Part shown: positions 36,879 to 48,600 of the stretch, piece by piece
Position numbering within the stretch: the stretch's first letter is position 1
Layout: each line of letters starts with the position of its first letter
Assembly (NCBI GenBank): GCA_904063045.1
Contig: CAJFCJ010000003.1
Coordinates: 1,240,001 to 1,304,000, forward strand
Source of the DNA: Dimorphilus gyrociliatus
Taxonomy: Eukaryota; Animalia; Annelida
DNA length: 64,000 nucleotides
Reading direction: 5' to 3'
Notes under the pieces: generated by a model
What the model saw: only the letters and a program-made list of their open reading frames with translations
Told to the model about the DNA's origin: nothing
Databases searched by the model: none
Program-made: the position numbers and the translations under genes

Positions 36879-38794
36879 TCAATGAAACCGCGCTTTTTTC
36901 CTTGAATTAGGGGAGTCACTACCAGATGAGGGGGCTGCTCGTTTCTTTGTGTCGCTTATATGCCTCGATAAGTCTTCGAGAAGAACTCGTTGGAAGTCAT
37001 CATTACCACTTCCCGTCTGTGAAACGCCCATATGGGACATAGCTCCACTTAGGCGTTGCAATAGTAGGGCGTCTCGGAACGGCGTCAAATCTGCAGGCCT
37101 TTCCCTTCTCTCCTCTTTTCTACAAGGCGCCTGCTGATCGCAGAGAAAGGCGATCAGATCTTCTCGTTTCAAATGACGCCGGCGTTTCTTTTTTAACCAA
37201 TTCAAGACATCACGTGTTCGATTTCGACTTCCCCTTTCCATCGCTGATTCTCTTGCTTTTTTTGTTTGATCTAAAGCTTCTCTATAGAGGTCAGTTATGG
37301 CTGAGGCAGCGGCACCAAACGTTGACCAGGCTTTTTGATCATGCCTCTCTGGATTGCAGCATTCTAGAAAAAATTTTCACATTTTAATTACACTGTCAAA
37401 AAAATGTACTCAGTACTTATTATCTTATTTTTATAGATGAATAAGTAATTTGAATAGTCCTATGCAGCTTTGTGTTTACGATATACTTAAGAGTATAAGC
37501 ACGTCATACGCAATTTCTCAACTGATATAAAAATTTCACTATAAGAAACTAACAATCAAATCGTATTTTCATAAATAATTTAGCTTTACAAATAACCATC
37601 AAATTTCGAAATTACGATTACATTATCTTACTAATGTTCAAGTCTACACATTTAATAAGGACCTTATTTTTTTCCAAAGAGAGAGTGCCATATTTCTGAG
37701 ACTGGTGTAAATACAACTCAGACTTAGAGTAAATTAAAAAGAAAGTAAAATGTTTACTGTATAAAGGCCCAGAGCTTAAAATTTCCAACGTTTCTAGCCT
37801 ACCAGAATGTATCCATAATTTAATCAAACAAGATAAATGAAGATGGTACATTATAGTGATAATCTAGTCGTTGGAATATGGGAAATAATTTACTATAAAT
37901 TATTAGATTTATTAAGAATAAAACAAAGTTAATGATAGAGTGTATTTCCTATACAATAGGAACAAGAAGCTTGAAAAATTAGTTCTTTGAAATAAGAATT
38001 TCCTTTTTCCATATGAAAATATTATAAATAATTGATTTAAACGTAAGAATCGCTTTGGAAAAGGTTTTATTTAGGCATATATATACATATGCACTCTTGA
38101 ATAGATTCATCGAAAGCTTATCATTCAAAGCGTAATTGAAAGCTGTAAGGAAAGTAAGCTATTTCTGTGAAGTTTTACTTTCTCTATAAAAGAAGATTAT
38201 TTTATTTTTCTTCACTTTTGTCCAATATAATATAATTCTCAAACGTACATACTCTAAAACACACATTTTTCCGTTAAGTAGTTTCCCATTAAATGTTCTA
38301 GAATAAACATACAACTAGCCAATTTAAAAACTTTCAATAGCTGATTCAAAGAATCAGACGGATTCTAAAGGCTTTTCCATCTGGCTCACCTTCACCTGAA
38401 TGATATGATTTGTCTATATTTACATATTTACCTCTCTGGTAATTACGTGTTTAGTAAAATCTATCTAAATTTTCAAAAATATTCGAAAACTTTATGTAAA
38501 AAATAGGATTTAAAATGAAATTCTCACATGAACCGTTATGCCTTTATGTACCTTACTTTCGCAAGTCCAAAACCTAATTTTAAGCTAATTATATAAATCA
38601 TAGATCTTACCTTTATACATTAAAGCGATATTGCTCGCTGAACTTTGGAATAGACACCATAATTTTTGTTCGTTCAATTCGTCGTCTGGCGTGCGTAATT
38701 TATCGAAATCCTCCTGCTTCCGTAGCCATTCGTCGACAGTTGAACTTTCCCAGTTTGTAAGCCAGCTTTCTGCTGGTTCTTTCTGTTCGGTCAT
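36879..38794 (-). CDS. HAPSTR1: HUWE1-associated protein modifying stress responses (C16orf72 / DUF4588 family), ~222 aa
   Basis: Exons 38794-38611 (KLWCLFQSSASNIALMYK) and 37363-36879 (AAASAITDLYRE, DVLNWLKKKRRRHLKREDLIAFLC, DLTPFRDALLLQRLSGAM, DSPNSRKKARF) sum to 669 nt and match C16orf72 motifs. Confidence 0.9.
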
Positions 38795-39187
38795 CGCTTC
38801 AGTTCTCACTCCGTTTGTCGGTCATTTGACTAGCTTTTAAAGATTACCTTGATTCTTGTGTTTTAGCTGTCCTTTTACCACTTTTCCCCGATGGCTTTCT
38901 CGTCTCGTCTTTTCACAGGAAGTGAGAACAATACGCATGCGCGATAAAATGATGCGGGATCTACTTTCGTATATATTTTTGAACAAAGGTATTCGTAGTA
39001 TCTTTCGTATAGTTTACTTATAGCGTACACCTTAACAATAGGTTTTAATTTTTAATTTAATTTTTTACGAAAATTAATGTATGCAGTCACGTGATCGCAA
39101 GGTCTTCTAACACCAAGAGAAAAACCACTGTATTCTCTTTCAAGAGGCCAAACGGGGCTTAAGCCAGAAATAAAATACACATTAAAT
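38795..39187. promoter_or_regulatory. Candidate bidirectional promoter between HAPSTR1 (-) and basigin (+)
   Basis: Start codons are only 393 nt apart, head-to-head. NRF1-like tacgcatgcgcg at 38932-38943 and E-box/CLEAR-like gtcacgtgat at 39086-39095. Confidence 0.5.
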
Positions 39188-42100
39188 ATGCCTTCTGTAA
39201 ATTTTGCAATTTTCTTTATAGTTTTATCTGCGATTGACGTTGTATTATCGAAAGCTGGTAAGTGACCTATCATTCATTCATTTTAGAATTATTACTTCGG
39301 TAGCACAAATATAAGTACATGTATCTGTTTAAATATTATTTTTTCTCTTATAAAAGTCTTGTTTTTTTTTTATAAATGCGATATTCGGCATGTTGATGTT
39401 AGTTTCATAGTTAGTTATAATATTTTTCAAATTTGTTTTCTCTTTTCATTTATCGGATCGTATCCTTTGCCTTATTCTTTCTTTGATGTCACCAACACAT
39501 ATTAGGAAGTGCTACACCTTCTATTTTCTTCCTTTGTTTTGCCGAACAAAGTTTTGTCATATAACGGGAAATACTTATTAGAAATCCCTAATGTGACAAA
39601 TAAATGATAGATAATTCCTTTAGTAAACATTTAAATAGAATTTTTAAAATCGCATATATTTTTTTATTATTATTTTAACTGATTTATAATATAAATAACT
39701 TTGCATGAAAAATGTAAAAAAAAGTAATTTAGATGTCACATGCAAATGTTGCAAGAAAGATAGAAAAGATAAATACACAAGATGTATTTAGTGAAAAATA
39801 AACTACTTAATTATAGTTAATGCAGACTGGAAGAACGGTAGGGAGAACATAAAAAAAAGCTGTATTATTATACTAATAATGGGAAATTATTATAATACGG
39901 ATAAAAGAGATATATCTATCATACGAGATATTTTTGAAGTATTAAATGTTTGGCAAAAGGAAGTGATTATTTGTTATATGTTTTAAACAAAAAAAAACTA
40001 TTCAGAATATCATTTGAAAAACTATTAGCTCTTTCCTTTCTTCCAAAAAACCTCCATCCCTACACCTCGAAAAACAAAAGTCGTAGTCAATTTTTGAATA
40101 TAGTGCATGACGGTGCAACGGCGATAAAAAAAAAGAACGCTTTAATGAAACAGAACTCAAATTGGAAGACCTGCAATGGGAAAATAAGTCTAAATATAAG
40201 AATCCTTTTTACGTAAAGAAGGGAGACAGTTTCACAATTGGCTGTTCTCTGAGGACTCCGTTCGGCAGTAGTGTTACGGACTATCTTCTCGAATGGCTGG
40301 TTAACAACAGGGTGTTCCAAGCAGATTACGATTCTGATTTTGAAGTTACACAGAAAAAAGTTAGTAATAATCTGATAAGCGAATTTTCCCAGCGTGGCAT
40401 ATCTGAGTCGTACAACCTTAAATGTCGTCCAAGAGGATATTCTAATTTGGAAATATCGAAACAAATAGATGCTATATCAAGTAAGTTCGATGCACTTACA
40501 AAAATCAAACAGAAAAACAACCAAAGTATTCCCCCATTGGTGTTTATACTATAATAATTAAACAATAAACAATCGGATTATCATCAATATGAATATTTGA
40601 TCGCCGTCACCGTCTGCTTTCTATTCATCCTTTTTTCAAGCGAGTTGAATAATTCTAGTATAATGGGTATATATATATATATATCTATTCCTCATTATTT
40701 ATCTAATAAATAATTTTCTTATTCATAAGAATTATGGTATATTGTATATTTTTTTGTACATAGCTCTTTTTTAACATTTTGATGTTGTCCGGTGGCGGCG
40801 GCGGTGGAATTGATAGAGAAATACGAATATTAACTATATTATACAATATAAGATTATAAACAAGTGATTTGAGAGAACTACATTTCATTTTTTTCTTTCA
40901 TTCATTTTTCGTCATTCTACGTTTCACCATCCGCTCATTCCACTTTTTTTTTATAATCAAATTTCCTCTATGCTCTATTATTATTTTTATTTTTCCGAGT
41001 CATAAAAGAAATAATATCTTTTTTGAGTCTCTATTTTCCATCTTTTTCTCTATCCCTCAATATTTTACCCAACATCGAAAAGGAAATTACAATATGGTTG
41101 TGTCTTATTAATAGCTTTTTTTTTGCTTTATATAATTGTTTGAGAAAAAAAAATAAGAGAAAGGTTTTCATACACTAATTATAAATAATTATAATATAGA
41201 TATTTGTGGCTTATTGAATACCTAATTAATATCGTTTTGTATAAGAATCGACTAATAGAGTATTCGTTTTCTTCGTACAAAAACGTTAAGAAAAGATAAA
41301 TTGCAATATTTTTATACATAAACCTGTTTGTTCCATTCTATTGAATAATATTGAATATTAATATATATTTGTATATAATATCTAAATATGTAATAACGTA
41401 TTTTATTATTGTTTCGTAATTCAAGTAGAAATTTTATTTAATAATCTATATTATTGTTATTATTATAACCAAATTTTTATCACTCACAGTGAAAATTGAG
41501 TACAACGTTGATGATCCATTAAGACACAATGAAAAAAATTTAGACTTTAACTGTACTTTTAATGGAATTACTGATGATGATATTGAAGAAATTTTATGGT
41601 ATGTGAATGGGAAAAAAATAGAAGAAAAAGATGGCAGAATTTACAAAATATCGAAACATGAAACGTATTCTCAATTTATTATAAAACATCCAAAAATATC
41701 TGAGGATGCTGGAAATGTTACTTGCCAAATTCAAACAAAAACTGGCAATACATTAAGTGATATAGTAACTGTATCATGTAAGTATTTTTTTTTAGCTATA
41801 GCAATTAATAGCTGAACACTCTAAGTAAAGATTATACGATAACATAACAAAAAGTAGAAATATCTCATTATTCTATTGTTATTATTTTGTATGGAAACCA
41901 CAAATCCATTTATAGAACTAAAAACTAGGTAGTATTAAGAGACAATTAGATTTACACATATTTGATAAGGAAAGAATTTTAAATAACTTTAGAAAACATA
42001 TATATATATATATACAGTATATATAAATATATATATATTATATTTAGTGAACGTATAAAAACTTATAGATCGTTCTATTGCTTGGAAAAAGGTTCAATGA

Positions 42101-42687
42101 TATTTATTTTTATAGATATCTATTTCTTTTGTATTGTTATTAAACAAATATATTAAAGATTTCTATCGAAAATTTATATTTTTAGATTGTTTAACTGTTT
42201 TATTTCCTTTATTCTAGCCGAACCTCACGTTGAATTTGAAGAGGAAAGATCAAAAAATTTGGTTCAAGGAGATCCTTTAACTCTTAAATGTAAGGTTTCG
42301 GGCTCGCCTGCTCCAACAAGAATCTATTGGAAAAGTCCCAAAGAACAAATACTAAATAGTGACGTTGACAGCAGAGTTTCCCTCAAAGACTCTAATGCTA
42401 CTCTAAAGATCAAAGACATCGATTTCGAGGACAAAGGAACTTATACTTGTTTCGCATCAAATAGTCACGGTGAATATAATGCTACGATAACAGTAAGAGT
42501 TAAGGATAAATTAGCTGCTCTTTGGCCCTTTTTGGGAATATGTGCTGAAGTTTTTATCCTATGTTCTATAATATTAATTTATGAAAGATCAAGAAAGAAG
42601 AAAGATACTGAAAATACTGTTGATGACGAGGCTGGTGATAAATTGACAAATTCAAATGATAATCAAGTTAGGCAAAGAAGATCCTAA
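39188..42687 (+). CDS. BSG: Basigin/neuroplastin (CD147/EMMPRIN) family Ig protein, 3-Ig form ~384 aa
   Basis: Exons 39188-39257 (signal peptide), 40154-40480 (Ig-like), 41490-41777 (Ig) and 42218-42687 (Ig, TM, tail) sum to 1155 nt. Diagnostic TM LAALWPFLGICAEVFILCSIILIYE with intramembrane Glu, tail ending VRQRRS. Confidence 0.92.
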
Positions 42688-45600
42688 TTCATTTTATGCA
42701 GAAAAACGCTTTCTTTGCTCTCCTTTTCTCCTTAAAAAGAATCTGTAATTTTTCCTTTTTTTTAGTTTCAAAATTAGAAAATTTGTATTGTTTAACATAA
42801 TCTCAACAATGTGCATGAATATATACGCTCTCTACACCTAACGTATATATAAAGTGTGCATGAACAAAAAACAAAAAACTGATATGTCTTAATCAATATA
42901 TGTATATATATACATACATATATATGTATACATATATTTGTAATTACCATTAAGCTGATTTTATTTACTCTTCCAAAGTTTAAAAGCAATTTCTTTCAAA
43001 TGGTAGACTATTTGGTAAGTAATGAGTAAGTTACAGTTTCCTAACTGTGTTTTTTTTTTAACGGAGTTGAATAAGAACAATATTTAACGAAATTAATTCA
43101 AGATTAGACTTTTATCCGTTCATATTTCAAAATCCCTAATAGTAATAATGAAAATCGACGTCCTTAATCATAGCCTTAACGAACTGATCTTTTTTTAACA
43201 GAAGGTTAAAAGTAGATTTAAGTTTGAATTGATAGTTGAAATTTTTATTAAGAAAAACTCATTGATATACATTATACATAAATATTTATATTTAAAGAGA
43301 AAGTTATATTTCCCTTGCTAACCTTTAACGTTTCTTTGTGTTTGTTCTTATTTTCGTTTTATTTTGCTTGCAATTTTCAATGTGTTTTTTGTTTTCTTGC
43401 TTTTACTCAAACAAAAATTTAATATACTCATTTTCCTTTAACAGAGTTTACTGAGAATTTCATTTTTTTTATTGAATCTGATAGAAAATGCTTAAATTTC
43501 AATTGTTCTTTAAAATATGTATATATATTTATAAATAAACTATAAATATATTCATTTACTGCCTTATTTATAAGTTTCTTAATAATTCGATTAAAAATTG
43601 TTCCGTCCATTAATGTAAAAAAGCTTAGTGGAATAAGTAGATCGAATTAATAAGAAAACTTATTATTTTCCTTCTCTTAACCTCTACATAATCATCTGTT
43701 TTTCCCTTTTTAGTCTCTAACTCTATATCTCTATCCTTTTTTTTTGGGGAATGTTTTTTTCAATACAGCGTTATTCTGAACAAAAAGAAATCATTGCTAT
43801 TCTAAAATATACAAATTATTGCAGATATATTTCACACTAAATTTGAATAAAGGAATAATTTATCACCTAATTAGAATAACTAATTGAATTGAAAAGGTTA
43901 AAATATAGTTTTATTACATGCTATACACTATATCAGAATGATTTTTAGTTTAAAGACGTAGTTTATATAGACTTAGAAGGACTTATTTAATGAAATTAAA
44001 TATATATACCATATACAGTATATACATTTTATTAATTTCAATATGGTAAAGCGCTATGAGTTATTTTTAAACGAATTAATACGCCATACTAGTCATATTT
44101 TGACACTTAGAAATTAGTTAGATTGGTAAAGAATAGATTTTTTTCCTAAAATTTACAAATAGATGAAAATAGAAGAATGAAATTAAGACCACTTTAACAC
44201 TTTCAGGTTAAATATAGGTAGAATAGTCACTTTTTTATCTTGTTAATGAATCTTTAGCACTATTTCCTAAACTCTCCGACCTCTTCTTGTTTTTACGAAT
44301 AAATTTTAATAATTCTATACAAATGAAGAGATAAATATATATTCTTCTTTAAGGTTAAACGAGTACAATTGAAAATAAATATATAGAATAGATCTAGAGG
44401 TTATTGAACTATTTTCTAATTGCGAAATAGCTTTGAGATAAATTCTTTAATTTATATCTTTATATAGTTTATTTGATATTTTTTCAATATGTCGGCGTTG
44501 AACTTTACTGACATTAAATTTTTCTCATTTATCAATATATAGGCTGGAGAAACGTTGTTTAATATGAAACTTACGCGATAAACAGTAAAAATGAGTGATG
44601 TTATAGTATTTGATTAAAATATTCTAGAGAGATTCTTTTTCTGTTTTTGATACGTTAAGAAGATAAATACTAGTATTTGATGAAATATCTAGGGTTCTGC
44701 TTAAATATTAGGTCAATGCCTTGATATAGATTTATGATGTTGAATTATATCTGCTATTTAAAGTATGCTCTTCCAAAAGATAGTTGGGTACAACTATACT
44801 GAAATTATTTTTATTGAACGTTGGAAAGAAGAAAGGGACTGGTTAAAGCTACATACTAAAAATACTTTAGAAAATGGATAATGAGAGAATCCGGTTCCGT
44901 TCGGAATTGCTTCAGGAAGTAATGAAACATGGGGGTCTTTTTGTAGATATTCTCATTGTTCTCTTTAATAAACCAATTATAAAGGTAATTAAGGCAATAT
45001 CGCAAGAATATTGATTATATTTAGAATAATAATTAATAAACGACATTTATTTTACTAAGTTGTCAAAAATAAAAGTAATAAAATGTCAAAAAATATCTCA
45101 TTTCTCAGAAAATAGATAATTTTTCTTTTATAGAATTCTCTCTGTTTTCCATTACTTACCAGTCTAATATATAACTTTGACGTATGTAATTATCTAATTA
45201 TACATCATATACGAATAGCTAAACTTGAGACGTTAAATAGAATAAAGAACAATTTTTCAAAAATGTTCCATTTGAGTAATGTACGAGAAGACGCAACGTC
45301 AATTAAAATGTAAAAAGCGTACGTCACCTGCATTGTCTTCTTTCTCTTTTTTTTTTACATTCTTGCACTAAAAATAATATTGTTTAAGAAAATATGAGTA
45401 ATTAATTTTACAGCCAATCATAATTTATAGGAGGAAAAGCTTGAAGAATAGATATATTTAGGTATTCTGTTATCGTAATTGGTTAGTTTAGCTTCTTTTT
45501 TTAGAAATCATATGTTATTTTTTTGGAGCATAAATTATTTTACTCTAAACAAGACAAAAAATAATGTAAACTGAGATATAACAACTTAGATATTCGTTAA

Positions 45601-48600
45601 AAATATTTTTTCGTCTTGTGCTGCCATCTATCGAGAGAAATATTTTAATCTCAAGTTTTTTATTTCGACAATAAAAAGAATTACTGAGAACAGGTTTTAA
45701 TAGGCTTTGGCTTAGGCGTATATTAAAGAAATATTGCTTATATAAAATCATCTTTAAACTCTCTAATAAAGTAGATAGGGTAGATATAATATTGTTGTTG
45801 ATATATACATCTATACTAATCAGTATAATTCGAGTAGCTTAAAACCAATTTACCCTCATCTAATTAAAATTTAGTTTGTTTTCAGCCTACGGCGACACAA
45901 GTTTTCTAGTTATAAATAAAGAATGATAGAATAGAAAGTATTAAGAAGAGACGAGGATGTTAGACAGGCAGATAGACAGTCTAAGTTAAACTGTATAAGA
46001 GATTGAGTGAGCGAGAGAGAGAGAAAAAAAAATTTCCCAGTACCGTTCGATAGTTCGTTCCTCTGCCTTATCTAGTAAGGCACTCGAACTGATAAGTAAA
46101 TAAAGCGTGACGAATGGCTAATATACGTAAGACATTTTTTTCATTCGAAGTTTTCTTCATGTAGTAAACCAAGGCATAAAGAAAAGTACTTCAGTAGTTT
46201 TTATCATAAAGAAACTTTCTCCATAAATCTGTTTTTCAATTCATACGTTAGCCTTCTATACTATTCTGTATATATTTTATTTAAATGAATAACAAAATTA
46301 AACCGGATGTATTTGACTATCCTCGAAGCTTCTTGTCCCTTGAAAAAGCCTTTTTTTTTTATTTAAGATGCCATAGCTTTCATATTTCTTTTATAAGCTT
46401 AGGATGCGTACTCTTTCCGATGAATGCGGACAAAATATAATTGAGAATTAGCTAGGCCACCCAGTCTTCTAGAACGAATAAAAGTTGAGGAGACTGTAAA
46501 AGACTGTATGTTTTTATAAAAAAAACATTTATATAAATATATATATATATATATATATTGCATTTATTTAGTTTAGTTATCTATAAATGAAATGGTCGAT
46601 CTCCTTTCTAGCTGACGATTGACGTTTCTGTCAAATTTGATGAGTTTTCTTGAAGAGAGGATGGAAAATTGGTAAAAAAATAAAAAATCAGCTTGCAAAT
46701 TGTTTATTAATTTTATCATTTAGACTTTTTTTCAGTTTGTTTGATTTTTACGTCGGGCAAGTCGAAGTTTTGGTTTTAAAGTTAAGCCTAAATATTTATC
46801 TTAGACGAAAAAAAATTAGAGTTAATCTATAAAGAGTTCAAATATAACCTAAAAAGAAAAATTACTGTTCAAACATTTTCCATTTTTATTTTTTTTCTAC
46901 GTTCTTCTTCATTAAAAACACCTTTTATAGCTTAAACTTATCTTCAATCGGTTTTTCTTGGATTTCTTTCTCCTCTTAAGATTATAGACCAGAGCGACAT
47001 CTGTTAGATGAGGATTATATAACGTATTATATAGTAATTTATCATATTTATCCGGATAAGTAAATAAGGGTAAGCGTCTACAAGGGAAGGCCTGTATGAA
47101 AAGTAAAATATAGAATGATTTTCATTTGGGACTAGTTGTCAAAAAAAATCAGTTTTTGATCTGTTTTGTTTTATGGGTGTCGCACAAGTAGAGGAGCTAG
47201 ATAATATCTTATCTATTGCGGAATTATCGAAATTCTTCTCTATAAGCGGTCGCATGTTATATTACACATCATACTTTATTATTTTCATATAATTGTGAGC
47301 GGGTTATTTTTTATATACATTGTATGTTTGGACGGTTAGCCTCGTGGCTTTCTTACAGAGTCTAATCGGTTTATTTTATAAAATTTGTGACAAATGGACA
47401 TTAATGACATTTTAGCTAAAATTACATTACAAAACTGGAAATGTTGTATTATTTTATATGATAGAAAGTAAATTTTTTAAAGAAACCTTGAGAACTCCTT
47501 TTCAAAGAAAAAAGGAAATAAAAAATAAATACAAAACTTTTATTACTCTTCATTTATATATTATACGAGCATAAACAGTTCCTTTATCGTCCTTTCCTCA
47601 TACTCTTTCTGTTTTATATATGCCGTCGTTATATTCCTTGTATTATGCTCTCTCTCTCTCTCTTATTCTTGTCCTTCTATCCTTCTATCCTTCTATCCTT
47701 CTGTCAAGGGCGAAAGACACAGCATCAGCCTATATTGTTATTTTATAGGCCTAATCGACTATCTTGCTTTCACCTTACTCATCCGTCAAACGCCAATAGT
47801 TTTTGCTGCGTACACTTCCGATTAACTATAGTTTTTTCTCTACCCAATAATATTGTAAACGGTTTTGTTCTTTGAGACATTTTGACGCATAAGCGCGTAC
47901 TATTTATATGTATGATACGAATATAAATAGACGCTCAAGCGTCTTTTTTTTTCGTTTCATTAAAATTTGCTTACTAATTTGCTCTTTTCTAATATTTTTT
48001 TCGCAAGATTGTTAGTTTTTCAAAAGGTTTTAATAGTCTGCACTTCGTAAACTGTTTGCTTACGCTCAAACCTATTACCTAGTTTGTAACCATCTCTTCA
48101 TTCTTTCCTCCTACGTGTTTCTTCCTTTTTAATGTAACTCATCAGAAATCTTATCTATGGAATGTTAATGGACAACAAGGAATGTTTATATATCTGTAAT
48201 GCGGCTGTAACGTGATATAATTAGCAATCCTATAAATATATATAAAGCAGGTGCGAATTTTTGATAGAACTTTGTATCACACGTTCCGCCTCTTTAGCTG
48301 CAATCGGGCAACTAAACTATTTTTCTTTTATTTCCCAATTACTTTCATTTATATTAAGGACACAATATTCCCCTTAACACAATTGAAATACTGTAAAAAC
48401 TGGAAAAAAAATACTGTTCATTACTAAATTTTCTTCATTTTTTTTTAAAAAACAAACAATATCATTATAATTAAGATAATTCGATACTACGTAAAACATA
48501 ATATATTAACACTTCCAAGAATGAAATATACATTCGAACTACAATGTAGTTCTTTATACGAAATACTTAATATAATGAATAGATATCTATTAATAAAGTT

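Noticed and set aside
40785-40810. GC-rich ccggtggcggcggcggtgg run in a basigin intron (poly-Pro on the - strand)
   Set aside because: No flanking splice sites or ORF support. It is a short trinucleotide repeat.
44820-45020. Short frame ELLQEVMKHGG...VLFN reminiscent of a LINE reverse-transcriptase region
   Set aside because: Too short, with no other RT or endonuclease motifs nearby.
46051-46090. Hairpin containing TAAGGCAC (miR-124 seed)
   Set aside because: The stem is only 7+6 bp with a large bulge and a 5-nt loop, and the rest does not match miR-124. It is not a credible pre-miRNA.
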